Shown: one piece after another, positions 63,306-64,000 of the stretch
Numbering within the stretch: position 1 is the first letter of the stretch
Layout of the letters: every line of letters starts with the position of its first letter
NCBI GenBank assembly: GCA_963845755.1
Contig: CAWJTV010000038.1
Coordinates: 96,001 to 160,000 of the forward strand
Reading direction: 5' to 3'
DNA length: 64,000 nt
Source: an uncultured Planctomycetota bacterium
GTDB taxonomy: Bacteria > Planctomycetota > Planctomycetia > Isosphaerales > Isosphaeraceae
Notes under the pieces: generated by a model
Told to the model about the DNA's origin: nothing
The model's database searches: none
Seen by the model: only the letters and a program-made list of their open reading frames with translations
Program-made: the position numbers and the translations under genes

Positions 63306-63800
63306 TCAAAGCTGGCCGCAGTCCTCGATGACGATCTTGCCTTGCGGCTTCCCGCTACCCGATCCCAGGGCTTCGATTGTCTTGACCAGGTCCATGCCAT
63401 CGGTCACCTCGCCGAAGACCACGTGCTTGCCATCCAGCCAGTTGGTCACGACCGTAGTGATGAAGAACTGCGAGCCGTTGGTGTTCGGGCCGGCATTGGC
63501 CATGGACAGGAGGCCCGGCCTGTCGTGCTTGAGCTTGAAATTCTCGTCCTTGAACTTATTTCCATAGATCGACTTGCCGCCGGTGCCGTTGTGGTTCGTG
63601 AAGTCGCCGCCCTGGAGCATGAACTGGGGAATCACGCGGTGGAACGAGGATCCCTTGTAGCCGAATCCCTTCTCGTGTGTGCACAAGGCGCGGAAGTTCT
63701 CGGCGGTCTCGGGCACGACGTCGTCGAACAGCTCCATGGTGATGCGGCCGGAGGGTTTGCCGTCGATGGTGATGTCAAAGTAGACGCGTGGCCTGGCCAT
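63306..63800 (-). CDS. Cyclophilin-type peptidyl-prolyl cis-trans isomerase
   Basis: [63 protein letters not shown]. Confidence 0.97.
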   Translation of the reverse strand: MARPRVYFDITIDGKPSGRITMELFDDVVPETAENFRALCTHEKGFGYKGSSFHRVIPQFMLQGGDFTNHNGTGGKSIYGNKFKDENFKLKHDRPGLLSMANAGPNTNGSQFFITTVVTNWLDGKHVVFGEVTDGMDLVKTIEALGSGSGKPQGKIVIEDCGQL

Positions 63801-64000
63801 GTCCATGTCCTTCGATTGGGTGCCGATTGGAGATCCGGGTCACCCGCATCCGATCCGACCTCGTCGCGGAGCCGACGGAGGCATTCGAAGCCGAATGCGG
63901 GATGAACGATCCTCAAGGTAACGGCTTCAACCCCGCAACTCAAGTTGCCCCGGGATCTCATGCACCCCAGGCGGTCTGTAGATCGCCATGTGGCAACGAG

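Overview
GC-rich chromosomal window from a planctomycete, probably Isosphaeraceae-like. The assignment is inferred from a DUF1549/DUF1553 protein, an LEPRxLL-signal surface protein, DUF4058, a planctomycete-type Ser/Thr kinase and HINT-domain proteins. It holds about 40 genes: housekeeping hflX, truB, miaA and a cyclophilin, many secreted or surface proteins, a BrnT-like/HTH toxin-antitoxin pair, an orphan NusG paralogue, an SRPBCC-ArsR pair with visible operators, a decayed IS630 and several families of short palindromic repeats. No rRNA, tRNA or CRISPR array was seen. At least 13 genes, including miaA, are split by single-base frameshifts, most likely long-read consensus errors, so many calls are reconstructed across frames. 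The strongest candidates for undescribed biology are: (1) two tandem secreted TPR/HEAT-like proteins ending in HINT autoprocessing domains with non-canonical His-Asp termini and a shared PxxxPFD tail; (2) a translationally coupled beta-propeller plus Ig-like pair transcribed divergently from them; (3) a three-gene secreted cassette (CxxCH protein, M43 protease, helical protein) bracketed by a direct duplication of part of ynfA.
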